NCBI RefSeq assembly: GCF_052425735.1
Contig: NC_135766.1
Location: 16,864,001 to 16,928,000, forward strand
Length of the DNA: 64,000 bases
DNA from: Oculina patagonica
Taxonomy: Eukaryota
Direction of reading: 5' to 3'
Of this stretch, positions 37,411 through 49,070 are shown piece by piece. Under the pieces are notes generated by a model that made no database searches, was not told the origin of the DNA, and saw only the letters and a program-made list of their open reading frames with translations. Both the position numbers and the translations under genes were made by a program. Numbering within the stretch: the first letter of the stretch is position 1; each line of letters begins with the position of its first letter.

Positions 37411-38550
37411 ATGTCACTAGCATCCAATACGACGATTTTAATCATTCGTAACGGAACTGCTCATGGCCAACAGAACTCATCGTGTCTCTTTGTCGATTCG
37501 ACTGCAGAGAAAATCTCCAAAGTTTGCGCTTATTGTTTTCTTTGGCTGGGCAGTTTTTTCGGGAACGTCTTTATTATCATCATCGTCTACAAACACCGAG
37601 ATTTACGAAAAACAATTAACTATTTCATCGTGAACATGGCCGTGTCTGATTTGCTTTTCCCACTGATTGTAATCCCTGTTCAGATAACTGAGTTGCTGAC
37701 TGGTTCAGAGCATTGGCACGTCAGTGGAATCTTAGAATCGATAATTTGCAAGTTGCATGTTTTTGCAGCCTTTTTGTCCATCAATGTTTCTGCTCAAAGC
37801 TTGGTGTGGATAGCAATTGATAGATCTGTAGCCGTCGTTTTCCCATTGAAACGTGGTCTAATTTCAACCAAGGTTCGGACAGTAGCTATCGTATCCACTT
37901 GGATTGTTGCAGGCTTGTTCAATTTTCCAGTACTGATAACTTTTGGACTTGTTGAACAGCGGAATGACACATTATGTGCCCCAAACAGCAAAGAATCGCC
38001 TTTCAATAATCAGGAGGCTATTGCGGCATATGGCTGGCTTCGAACGACTTTCTTTGCTATTGCACCGTTTTTTTTAATAACCATTTTGTACACTGCGATA
38101 GCAATCGCCTTAAAAAGGCAAAATAAAGCCCTCGCGGGCACTGCACTAAATGTACAACAGCAGTCTTTAAAGAAACGGCGACAAGCCATTCAAATGTCCG
38201 TTGTTATCGTAGTGCTGTTTTACATTTGTGTTATTCCATTTATTTTCTTTCATTTCGTACTTCGGCTGGTAAAACCTTCTTGTGCCTTATTAAGATTGTT
38301 TTACTTTTTAGCTTTTTTCATGTATTACTCAACTTGTACTATCAATCCAGTAATTTGTCTGTCTTTTGTTCAAAGTTATCGTCGTAGATTGAGAAACATT
38401 TTATGTCCCTGCTCGAAAATATGGAACAGTGAAATGGCGAAACAGGAGAAAATTACTCTAGAAGGAATGAAGGATCTTTCGAAAGAAAACTGTCAGGGGA
38501 CGTTAAAGGACACAGAAAACAACGGAGAAATATTAGTTACTGTTTTGTAG
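37411..38550 (+). CDS. Intact intronless class-A GPCR, peptide-receptor-like, 379 aa, ligand unknown
   Basis: Seven hydrophobic segments; N-terminal NTT/NGT/NSS sequons; GN, NMAVSD, CK..IDRS, TM4 W, ECL2 Cys, FYICVIP, NPVIC and helix 8. Confidence 0.92.
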   Translation: MSLASNTTILIIRNGTAHGQQNSSCLFVDSTAEKISKVCAYCFLWLGSFFGNVFIIIIVYKHRDLRKTINYFIVNMAVSDLLFPLIVIPVQITELLTGSEHWHVSGILESIICKLHVFAAFLSINVSAQSLVWIAIDRSVAVVFPLKRGLISTKVRTVAIVSTWIVAGLFNFPVLITFGLVEQRNDTLCAPNSKESPFNNQEAIAAYGWLRTTFFAIAPFFLITILYTAIAIALKRQNKALAGTALNVQQQSLKKRRQAIQMSVVIVVLFYICVIPFIFFHFVLRLVKPSCALLRLFYFLAFFMYYSTCTINPVICLSFVQSYRRRLRNILCPCSKIWNSEMAKQEKITLEGMKDLSKENCQGTLKDTENNGEILVTVL

Positions 38551-38759
38551 ATAAAGCCATGGACACAACCTCTTAAAAGCAAAAAACGTCGCGAAGATAG
38601 AGCAGAGGTATAAACTGAAATATTCAATACGGAAATTTGGTGAAAAAGTTTGTATAACTGCCAGTTGTTTAGTAGTGGGAATTTTGAATCTCTTGGTTAG
38701 AATTATTTCATGGGATGATTAAAAATAAAAATAAATCCTGTCTTATATGTACATTTCGC

Positions 38760-39330
38760 CAATAAAATATATTAAAAATGCAGGTTAAAAAGCTGTTAAA
38801 ATATCACTAAACGTTTTCGATCTATTCGATCATCATCAGGCAGAGCAAAAATCTGCATGAAGGTGGGTGTTTTTATAGTTTAGGCTTTATCCGTTTCGTG
38901 ATAACAGTTCCCATGGGGAACAAGGTTAGGTCAAATGATTGGACTTGTTTGTTAAGTTCTTGATGGAAACGTGCGATATAAAACGCTTCCTTTTTCCTCC
39001 TATTCAACCATGAATGAGCGGTGGTTAGAACGTCCCACGAGAACTTGTGATTTGCGTGTTTCTGTATGTGTTTAGCTGGCTCCGACTGCCCATTAACATC
39101 TGAATGCTTGTTGACACGAACCTTCAGGTTGTGTGCTGTTTTGCCAATATATGTTTGTCCACATTTACATGTGCTTTACTGCTCCTTATATGCCTGTGAC
39201 TGTACAACGCTTAATTTTCGGAGAAACCTTTTCTCTAAGATGGGAAATTCAGGTCATGATTGGAAATTCGATTATTTTCAAACCGGAATTTTGTCGAACA
39301 GAAAGTGCCCATAACTTTGTTTACCTCCTT
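38760..39330 (-). mobile_element. Penelope-like 3' fragment: GIY-YIG endonuclease remnant plus hammerhead motif
   Basis: Minus strand TCKCGQTYIGKTAHNLKVRVNKH...PAKHI..H.FSW...EAFYI...LNKQ, followed by CUGAUGA-u-gauc-gaaua-gauc-GAAA at about 38805-38843. Confidence 0.8.
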
Positions 39331-40500
39331 AGTAGAATATATTAATATGAAGAGCTTTCGTCCGCCTGTAGATATATTTTACATGTTATTCAACTAGCTT
39401 GTATTAAGAACGAGTTTGCCAGAGGACCAGGCAGGGGTGATACATGCTATCTCTCCGATTTGGATGAAACTTTGCCAAATTGAAGGGCTCACCCAATAAC
39501 TCTGAAAGACAAAGTGGGTCGGCTTTGCGATTTTTCCCTTGGGAGTTAGACCACCCCCCCTGGTTTTTGACCCCAAATCCCCAAAATTCCACTAAAATAA
39601 GCAACAAATGTAGACACCGCTCCTGGCTACAGAATATAATGAAATTTGTTGTTATTCCACACACATAAAGACTAGCCCATGGTTAGTTCACACTGCAAGT
39701 TTCATGTCATTTAGACTGACAGGTGCCAATCAAGAATTGCCAACTTCTACCCATGTCACGCAACAATTTTCAGTTATGCAAATTAGCTCAAATTCTGATC
39801 CAAATATCGTCGAAGTCCAACTTCCTTTTTCCAAACAGTTTTTGCCATGTTACAGGTTTAGCTTTGTTCTATTAAAATCACAAATAACATTTTTGGCATC
39901 TGTTAAATTTTGGCGACAACAGCTGTTAAAATAACGTGACCTGAGACTGGTTCTAACAAAGAGCCAAGGACCAAATTCAAGAAAATAAAGCACTATAGAT
40001 CAGTTCAATGAACACAATATCTAGGTAATTGCGATTAACAGTGTCTGTAAACACAATTTATAGCCGTTAACTCTAGCGGAAGGCGATATTCAGTGCAATA
40101 TTCCTTTCAGTTATAATAAATATCCCCTAAATTCTGTTCTTATTTATTGAGTGTAAGGAACGGTCATGATGTTTTTTTTAGTTCCAAGGCATCGAGGTGC
40201 AAGATATGAGTTTCAGTAAACCAGTACATTACGTGGTTTGAAAGCTCTTGAATATCCATAAAAAGATAACAATCTTCACACTTGACCTTGTTACTGACCT
40301 TCAATTACTTATCGTCAACACCTTTTCACACTGCATATGAACAATCTGTGCCCGCCGTAAGCAGCCCTGAAATCGACCTGAAATTGTTATTTGTCTTGAC
40401 CGATTTAGTCTCAAGCTCACTCTTTTGTTTATCTGTTCACTGACGGTCCGAGGAAACTTTGGATTATTCTTTGTTGCATTTGATATTACTTATGTAAACA

Positions 40501-40680
40501 TACAGTAGAACCCCGGTAACTCGAACTCGGATAACTCGAACAACCCCGCTAACTCGAACTAACTTCCATTTCCCTTGGACCTACTTTTCAGTCATTTTTA
40601 CTCGGTTAACTCGAAAACCCCGCTAACTCGAACTGTTTCTTGTTTCCCTTAAGAGTTCGAGTTACCAAGGTTCAACTGTA
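40501..40680. mobile_element. TA-flanked MITE
   Basis: tacagtagaacc..ggtaactcgaac ... gttcgagttacc..ggttcaactgta. Confidence 0.8.
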
Positions 40681-43600
40681 GTTTCGAAAAGCGAACTAAA
40701 TGTGTGGGAAATCGCGCCCAAGACCATGGTCAGCGGTAGAGAAAAATAGCAAATTATATTTGAAATACATCATTTTTTTTCTTTGGCTAAAAAGTGAATG
40801 ATTTTTTCACTTAATATTCAGACCCTACGAGTGTCTTGCAATTCTGTGTCCAGCAATAAGAAAATGAGAATTATACTAGGGCCGCCAAGCGGCCTGAAGT
40901 AATAATTCGGATTATATAAACAGACGAAGTGAGAAATATATGAGAAAACAAATGGTAGGAATTTCCCAGTTAGTGCTTCAAACCACTTTTTAACGCTAAA
41001 AATATAAGGGGTACCCCCTTAAAAGCAAAACAAGGGCCTGGGTCTACCCATAAGGCCCTGGTGCCTAGGTCCCGCGGACCCATGATCCTTCGCTGGCTTT
41101 TTGACGCCGTGAAATAGACAGGCAAAGCAACACCCTATAAATACACCAGGGAAGGGTGAAGGGTGGGAACCTCATATTTAAGCACAAGACCAATAGGTCA
41201 TCTAATGCAAAAAGTAAGTGTGAGAAATTTACTGGCGGCTGCTATTGTAGAAGCAACACACACTAGCATAGCTTTAAAATATGACTGTCTATTCCTGCTG
41301 CACACATAAAAAATTTTCTAGCCAGCCCACAATGCGTTATAACGGTTTGTGGGGCAGTCTAATTGAAATTAACAACTAAACGGTTGACAGAATGTATGTT
41401 CCTAAAAAGATAAAATAACTAAATATCGTTGAAGACATTATTTGGGAGAAAGCTTTTTGCCTTGGTCAAAGACGGGCAAAAAATGCCTCTGTAGGTTTGT
41501 CTGAATCGAGCCTGAAATATCAGATTTTCTAAGCATAATATAACATATAGCGAGTAAGAAAGACACCGCAAAAAACTCCGTTAGGAGAGTTGAGGTCAGA
41601 GATAAATGTAAACTCAGGGAGAACAACTTCCTGGCTGGGTGAACTTAAAGTGTTAGGGGCTATAGTAGCTTTTTATAACAATGAATAACGTGTGTACTAC
41701 CGCCCGAAAACATACACCCATTTGCCGCGGTTTTGCTCAAGGCGATTTCGCCTAGGAACTCCGACAGACGCGGCGCGGGCGGATTTTTCTGGATTTACCG
41801 ACGTCTGCCGCGGCAAGTGAGGCCGCAGTGTAGTAAGTTATAACGGCAGTTTAGATAGGCTACGGATACGCTTGTGTTATGTTCAAGAACGTAACATTTG
41901 CCGGTGTGATACCGTAATCCCTTGCTTGGCAAAAAATAGACGGGTTCCAATAAACTTGGTATACGTGACATACACCAAAATAAATAATTATTATTATGTA
42001 AAACGACTTATTTGGATAATTGTGGACCCAGACTTCCCTCTTGCTTTCATAGCAGATCAGTCGTTTTCTCGAAGGAGAAGTTTGTTTAGTTAAAACTTCT
42101 GTTTTTTTAATAATTAAAAAGCCCAAGCTTTAAAATAAAAACTGAATGAAAATATGCTTGAAGTGGTATAAAATAATAGCAACTAATTGAATTACTCAAG
42201 TCGCTTAAAAACAAGGACTTCACGCATTCCATTTAATTTGGCACTGCAAAACTGTCCACATTTCGCTATGAAGGAAAGTTTTTTACGCCAAAAATGCATT
42301 TATAATAATCAATTTACATTACACCATGTAATGTAAACTTATGTAAACTTTGAGGTTATGGAAAACCCTTTAAGCGATTTTCTTATCTCGTGATCTGCAA
42401 TCATCTGCTTATCATCTTAAGTCTCTGAGTTTAATGTCGATCTGACAAACAAACAAATAAACATATGGGTATTCGCCAGGTTCACTTGTAGGCTTTTATT
42501 AGGACCGGAACGCAAAAGGCGGGAAATATACAGGCATTTGCCAAATGGCTAGTAAAATCAGAACGATAAGATTTGATAGCCATGGGCTTCGCGATGTGAT
42601 ATTCCGCGAAGCAGACAGTGAGAACAGTGTAGAATCTTGCTGCTTTTTCCTGACGGAATGGTAAAATCACTAACATTGAAAACAATTATGAAACCCAGTA
42701 AGTGGGTAAGCACCGATGTTGGAATATGAATGATTTTCCAAGGTTACTTGTTAACCTTAAAGGACTGGTGGAGAGCCACTTCAGAGTGTTGTGACGACTT
42801 CCTTAGTTGCCGAAGTCAAAGGTTTATAAGGACTTGAATAGACTTTCACATGAAGAAAGTTGAAAGAGGCTTAATCAATTCTGTAGGGCCAAACACAGGC
42901 CGAATGGGCGGGTCTTGAACCAGAACATATTCCCGTACGAAAAAATCGTCAATTTTGAGAAAAACTCGTAACAAGAACTGAAATGAACGAGTCCTTCAAA
43001 ATGTACTTGACATAAAAACTCCTGGTAAAAGCGACGCTTTTAAGCAACTGATGTTTTCCGTCTGGAAAGGTTCGGTACAATGAACTTCATTTGATCGGGT
43101 CTATCACTAGACACATGGGTCCTAGGTTTTTGGTACCAGGAAAACGAGCTTCCGTGAAAAAAATCGTGTCGTGAAAAGGGAAATCTTTCATAAAGATCCT
43201 TTTCGTGGTAACCTATGAAGTGCTGGAATAATACAAGAGCCTCCTGACCCGATACGCGGGTAAAGGTGGAGACATATAGGGATGGTATATTAAAAACCGA
43301 AGGCTCATTTCTGAGAACCCGCAATGATGTGGAGAATACACGGTACGGTTTTGGGGCGATTTTTAAGTCACAAGGCGCTAGGAGTAATTGTACTGTGCGA
43401 GTCTAATTGACTTCACCTTTTGACCGTCGTCAACGCTAATTCTGGTAGCTCTGCAAGGGTTACGACCTGGTTCAGGCTGCAAGAAACACTCTGTTTGCAG
43501 AGAACAGAAAGAGCCATAGTTGTAATTTTGAACAAATTTACTGTGGTAAAATTAAGTTTCTATTTATCTGTCTGTCTCAAAATAGACAGAAAAGCATTTG

Positions 43601-44139
43601 CTCTGCCAGCAGGTAAAGCTTGCAGCATGGTTAATTATCACATAAGTTGGACCTCAATCATACACCAGGGGCACCATACATGGGGCCAGTGGCATTCTAG
43701 AAGTCAAGGCAAACAATGAACATTGGACCTTGTCCCTTTCTTGGACAGAATATCTCATTCAAAGGGAAACTTGATTTGACAATTGCTGATCAAGTTTTGG
43801 GAGCAGATAGTGCATCCACTTGAGGAGTTCCCAATCTTCCAGAATAAGAAGATATTGCTTCTATATAATAATATATATTTGCAAAAGTTAGTATCCACAA
43901 ATTTGGGGAAAGAGGATAATGATTTCCAGGAGGTTGACTTGGAAGTGAGTCGAACAGACCATTATCATCACTGTAATACTGTACTTAAGTTTGCAGCTTC
44001 GTCATATATGTCTTATCAGACTCCGTTTGTTTCTAAATGGTCTCTACGAGTGCTATCATTATAAGACTGCATTGAGTTCCCAGCTTCTTTAGATGTCTAT
44101 CAGACTCGGTTTGTTCCTTAATAAGCTCGACGAGTGCCT

Positions 44140-44730
44140 AAAATAGGCTCTACAGGTGCCTGAATAGGCAATATTGGTGCCTCAATGGGCTCTATTGGTG
44201 CCTCAATAGGTAATATTGGTGCCTGAATAGGCGATATTGGTTCCTGAATTCATAGGCAATATTGGTGCCTGAATAGGCAATATTGGTGCCTGAATAGGTA
44301 ATATTGGTGCCTGAATAGGCGATATTGGTGCCTGAATAGGCAATATTGGTGCCTGAATAGGCAATATTGGTGCCTGAATAGGCAATATTGGTGCCTCAAT
44401 AGGCAATATTGGTGCCTGAATAGGCAATATTGGTGCCTGAATAGGCGATATTGGTTCCTGAATAGGCAATATTGGTGCCTGAATAGGCAATATTGGTGCC
44501 TGAATAGGCGATATTGGTTCCTGAATAGGCAATATTGGTGCCTGAATAGGCAATATTGGTTCCTGAATAGGCAATATTGTTGCCTCAATGGGCTCTATTG
44601 GTGCCTCAATAGGCAATATTGGTGCCTAAATAGGCGATATTGGTTCCTGAATAGGCAATATTGGTGCCTCAATAGGCAATATTGGTGCCTGAATAGGCTC
44701 TATGGGTGCCTAAATAGGCTCCACAGGTGC
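44140..44730. repeat. 21-bp minisatellite (ggtgcctgaataggcaatatt)n
   Basis: More than 25 tandem units; the minus strand reads (IQAPILP)n. Confidence 0.95.
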
Positions 44731-45582
44731 CCGAACGGGCGCAGCAGAAGTCCAAATGACTTATCGGTCGCCAAAGGTTCGCTGAACTTCTATCCTGACG
44801 AGTCATTAGCCATAATCGACAGATCATCAGACTGAACTTGTTCGCAGCGAATCTATTCGCTCGTAAAGACTCTCGAGCGAGAGAAGAATCTCCTGAAAAG
44901 TATCATCGTCTTCTACGTGAAAGGTCTTTGCGTCGTTTGGCAGGACCATTCATCACGTATTTCAGGCAGACGCCGAAACAGTTTCGGCGGGAAGATGGCG
45001 ACCAGCAACGAGTCCTTCTATGCGACTTTGTGTTGCCAAATGGATATCTTCAGCGATGCAATATATCTGAAGAGCGACAAAATATCGCTAAAAAGAAACC
45101 TGCTGTGCCAAAAACACAGAGGAATAGCCTGAAAAGGTAAAAAATTAGCAAAAATACAAGATAAAGGGCAAATACTTACCGTAGGGTTTGAAGCACAAGG
45201 AAAAAAAAGCCAGCGAAGGATCATGGGTCCGCGGGACCTAGGCACCAGGGCCTTATGGGTAGACCCAGGCCCTTGTTTTGCTTTTAAGGGGGTACCCCTT
45301 ATATTTTTAGCGTTAAAAAGTGGTTTGAAGCACTAACTGGGAAATTCCTACCATTTGTTTTCTCATATATTTCGAACGGAGTCTGTGAAATATAATCGCT
45401 TTAAAAAACACATTTTCGATTGTTACTAGAATTGCGTGAAACTTACATGATCAAGTCGCGTGACTTTGCCCAGCACGGGTTTTATTTAAAAAACCTTACT
45501 TACAGAGTTGGCGATCTGTGCATCTCAAAGTTGAACGTGGCTTTTCTTTCTTGTTTGTTTTTGAATAATTCTCAGAACAAAT

Positions 45583-47718
45583 GTGACATATCCGTTCGTT
45601 ATCCGTGGGTGAAGGGATTTTTTCCCTTGACCTCTTGTCAAAAAGATATAAGAACGCATCTGAGAGCAGTAAAAGTCTCAAAGACTGGTATCCCTCAGAG
45701 AAGGATTTGATTCTCGCTCGCGCTGGACATTTCAATGAAGATTGCGCTAATATGACGATCTGTCAGAGGCACTGAGCTTAGCTGGGTGTGTTTTGAAGAC
45801 CAAGCAGGAAATATGTGCATCCCCTTCATGGAAATCGCAAAGGCAAGCCGGAGAGAGGAGCAAATCTAGAAATGAGCAGACAGATTATGGAAAATTGGAG
45901 AGTGCTTATTCCAGTTGAAGCAGGTTAAGTAGGAAGAAATTGTCTACGCTCGTTCTGTGCTGCTGTTTAAAAAATAAGATAACCTTTTTATCGCGGTCTT
46001 TGCTTAAGCTATTGTAACACAGAATAATGCAAAAAGGTGCAAATTATGGCCAGTGACTAATCTAATTCTTAGTTTTCTTTTTCAAAAACACAGAGGAATA
46101 GCCTGAAAAGGTAAAAAATTAGCAAAAATACAAGATAAAGGGCAAATACTTACCGTAGTTGTACAGAAACAAGGTCAAACATCAGACTAGTCTAGCGGTT
46201 CTGTCAAGCCACTTTTGAGAGTCGGTCTGCAGGTACATTCGTATTTACCTGGCGGTTCAGGGTTTAAAGTATAATAGGGCCTTTCTCGGTCTTTAATATT
46301 TGAAAGGGTTTTGCGGTCCAGGAAGAACAAAGTACATAGCGGTTTGCGGGATGTACGACCTCCTATAAAAAACCCCCGACAATAGCCCCTTGCTCAAATA
46401 CTCCAACACTGCGAGTTCTAGTCCTATTCTAGTTTACGGACGAAAAACGTAATGTTGACACAGGCATTGACATTTTCTGTTAAGTTTTTTGGGGAGAGGG
46501 CAGGGAGGTGGATGATAATATCACGGTGTGATTATTAAAAAAATAACGTAAAATTTTATGAATAATGCTGAACTGTTTTCAGGAATATGCAAACTGTGTA
46601 GAACTGATCACCTTGCTACTATGCGAGTCTCGACACCGGATGAAGTTTTGTGCATAGAGCAATCTGAAGAGTTACCTATTGTCCCAATACCAATACCGTA
46701 AAATTCCGGTTATAAGCCCCCCCCCCCCCCCCGATTATAAGCTCCCCCGGGTTATAGCCCATCTACCTGGAAACAAAAAATACATCCGATTATAAGCCCC
46801 CCGGATATAAGCCCCCCCTCTACCGGATGACAGTACTGAACAGGGCTAAATGTTGCTTTATTGTGCGTTTTTACTTAAATACGTATTTCGATCAACACTC
46901 CCGTGGCCCGTTTCGGAACGATTTTCTCATTCCGCTTATAAGCCCTCCCGGATATAAGCCCCTCCGCTTATAAGCCCACCCAAAACCCGTTACGAAATTG
47001 TATAAGCCCAGGGCTTATAACCGGAATTCTACGGTATCCGGAATCCTATCTCCAGAACCACAAGCGTCAACCAAAATTTCACTGTCTGTCGAGGAAGAGC
47101 CACTAGCTGACGAAGCTGCACTGAAGGGTGTATTTCTCATGCCCTGAGGAGGGATGCACAAAGACATACCAATTTTTTATGAGTTTCCAGAAGCACCTAG
47201 ACATAGGAAAGCACCTTGTAAGGGAGAAGGAAAAACACCATACAAAAATGGGCCGAAATTTTAATAAACTTGCCAAGAGGTCTCTGGAAGCTACCTAAAC
47301 AATAGATCAGAGCAAGGTCAAGCTCCCAAACAGCCGTTACCATGAGTTCCACCTGTCCAGTCCCAAAGGGATGGGTGGTGAAGATATCCAAAAAAGGGAT
47401 CCGCTTTTCAGAGGAGGTCAAGTCTCATCTGAAAAGGAACTTCCTAGAAGGTGAGGCGACTGGAAGAAGGGCAAGTGCAGTGGATGTCTACAATAAACTA
47501 AGAACTTTGCGCGACGAGAGTGGAGAGAAAGTATTCAACAAAGAAGATTGGCTGACTGCTGAGCAAATAGCCCGGTACTTTAGTAGACTTTCTGACTTGC
47601 ACAGAACTGGCCGACTAGCCATAGACCAGGCTGATCAGAAGAGGAGGAGGAAGGCTTTGTTGCCGAGGCAGAGGAGATAGTAACAAGGCTTCGAGTTCGA
47701 AGTCAGCTGGAGCTTTAA
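45583..47718 (+). pseudogene. Internally deleted Sola3-like transposase remnant
   Basis: N-terminal CQKDIRTHL...SEKDLILARAG..MTICQRH...HPLHG...LIPVEA|GICKLCR (putative intron 45925-46583). C2H2 finger FSCPEEGCTKTYQ...HLDIGKH; GW motif; RFSEEVKSHL..F.EGE.TG...DWLTAEQIARYFSR. No DDE core seen. Confidence 0.7.
46694..47036. mobile_element. TA-flanked MITE
   Basis: taccgtaaaattccggttataagccc ... gggcttataaccggaattctacggta. Confidence 0.85.
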
Positions 47719-48414
47719 TTTTATTATTGTAAGACACTGAATGCTTAAATAGTTGTAAATTCTAGCTGTTTACCGCCTGTAGCATGGTTGCGTTTCGAGG
47801 CGCAGGCTAAAGCTGCCAGAATGAAGTATACATGGAGTTTACAAAAAAATCGCGGATTCCACATAGGGTAAGTTGCCGTTTCGCTAGCTTCGCTTGCAGT
47901 TTGCTCTCTTAAATGGTCGGTGACCCCCACTTTTTTTTAACGGATCACTTTTGTTAATTAATATCTACGTTTTGCGAGAAAATGAAAAAAACCTATCGAG
48001 TGGAAGTTCGATTTTTTTGTCACACTGACGGTTTGAATTCCACTTTTTGAGCTTTCCCTTTTGCCGTGCGACAGTTTCAAACTCGTTTTTTTCAGGGTTA
48101 AGTTTTACAAATAAGATGGCAAAACTAGGAATTGTTTACGCAACAGACGCACTTCTACAAAACGTGATTAAGATCGTTAGCCTCTGTTTACGCATTTCGA
48201 TATTTTTAACAATAAGCCCTGTAAACTATGCTAAATTACCGTGCGCCAATTTTTCAAAATCAGGGTAGTTTTCCACACGCTTTTTCTCTGAAACGAAGTC
48301 GGTGACCCCAACCTTTTATTTTTGCATTTCTGACACAAGTAACTCATTATTTGACTGCAGGAAAAAACTAAAAGAAATCTATCGAGTAGAAAATTTTGGC
48401 GTGAACGTCCTTAA

Positions 48415-49070
48415 GGACGTTCACGCTAATTGCTGATGCGCTTCCTTACTGCCCACGTAATTCATGTCGCAACAGCACGCCACGTCATGCATGAGCATGC
48501 GCGCTGAGAAAACTTTCCAAGCACAAATAGGGTGGGTAGCCGTTGTGTTAACTTCGCTTGCAGCTAGTTTCCTCGCTTAAACAGTCGGTGACCCCCATTT
48601 TTTTTCGGGATATATAACCTTTTGGGATAAATCTCTATCGATTGACAAAAAAGGGCCAAATTTAAATGTTATTATTTTTTTCATTTTCTCTTCCCGCGCG
48701 CAGTCACAGTCACATTTTGCTGTTTTGAACGTTTGCAAATCCAGTTGTTTAAGACAAGGTTTACTCAAAAGGACTTTAAAAGTGAAATAATTATATTTGT
48801 TCAATAGACCCACTTAAATAAATTCGGACAAAAGAATTTGGCTTGCATCATTCATGTAAAATATTTTGTTGCCAAAAGCCACAGAGGTCATATCGAGTGA
48901 CGAAGTCAAATTTAGCCAAATAAGCGCCTTTCTTTCAGATATCGTATCTCATAAACGAATGCAGTGACCCCCAATGTTTTTTACATTTCTGACATCAGTA
49001 ACTTGTGAACTAGCAGTGGTGAAAGTTTAAAAAAAAGTTGCAATGTTGGAAGATTTTTGCGCGAACGTCC
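48415..49070. mobile_element. TTAA-flanked element with GGACG termini, abutting a related element end (about 47850-48410)
   Basis: ttaa-ggacgttcacgc ... gcgcgaacgtcc-ttaa; shared gtcggtgacccc motifs. Confidence 0.75.
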
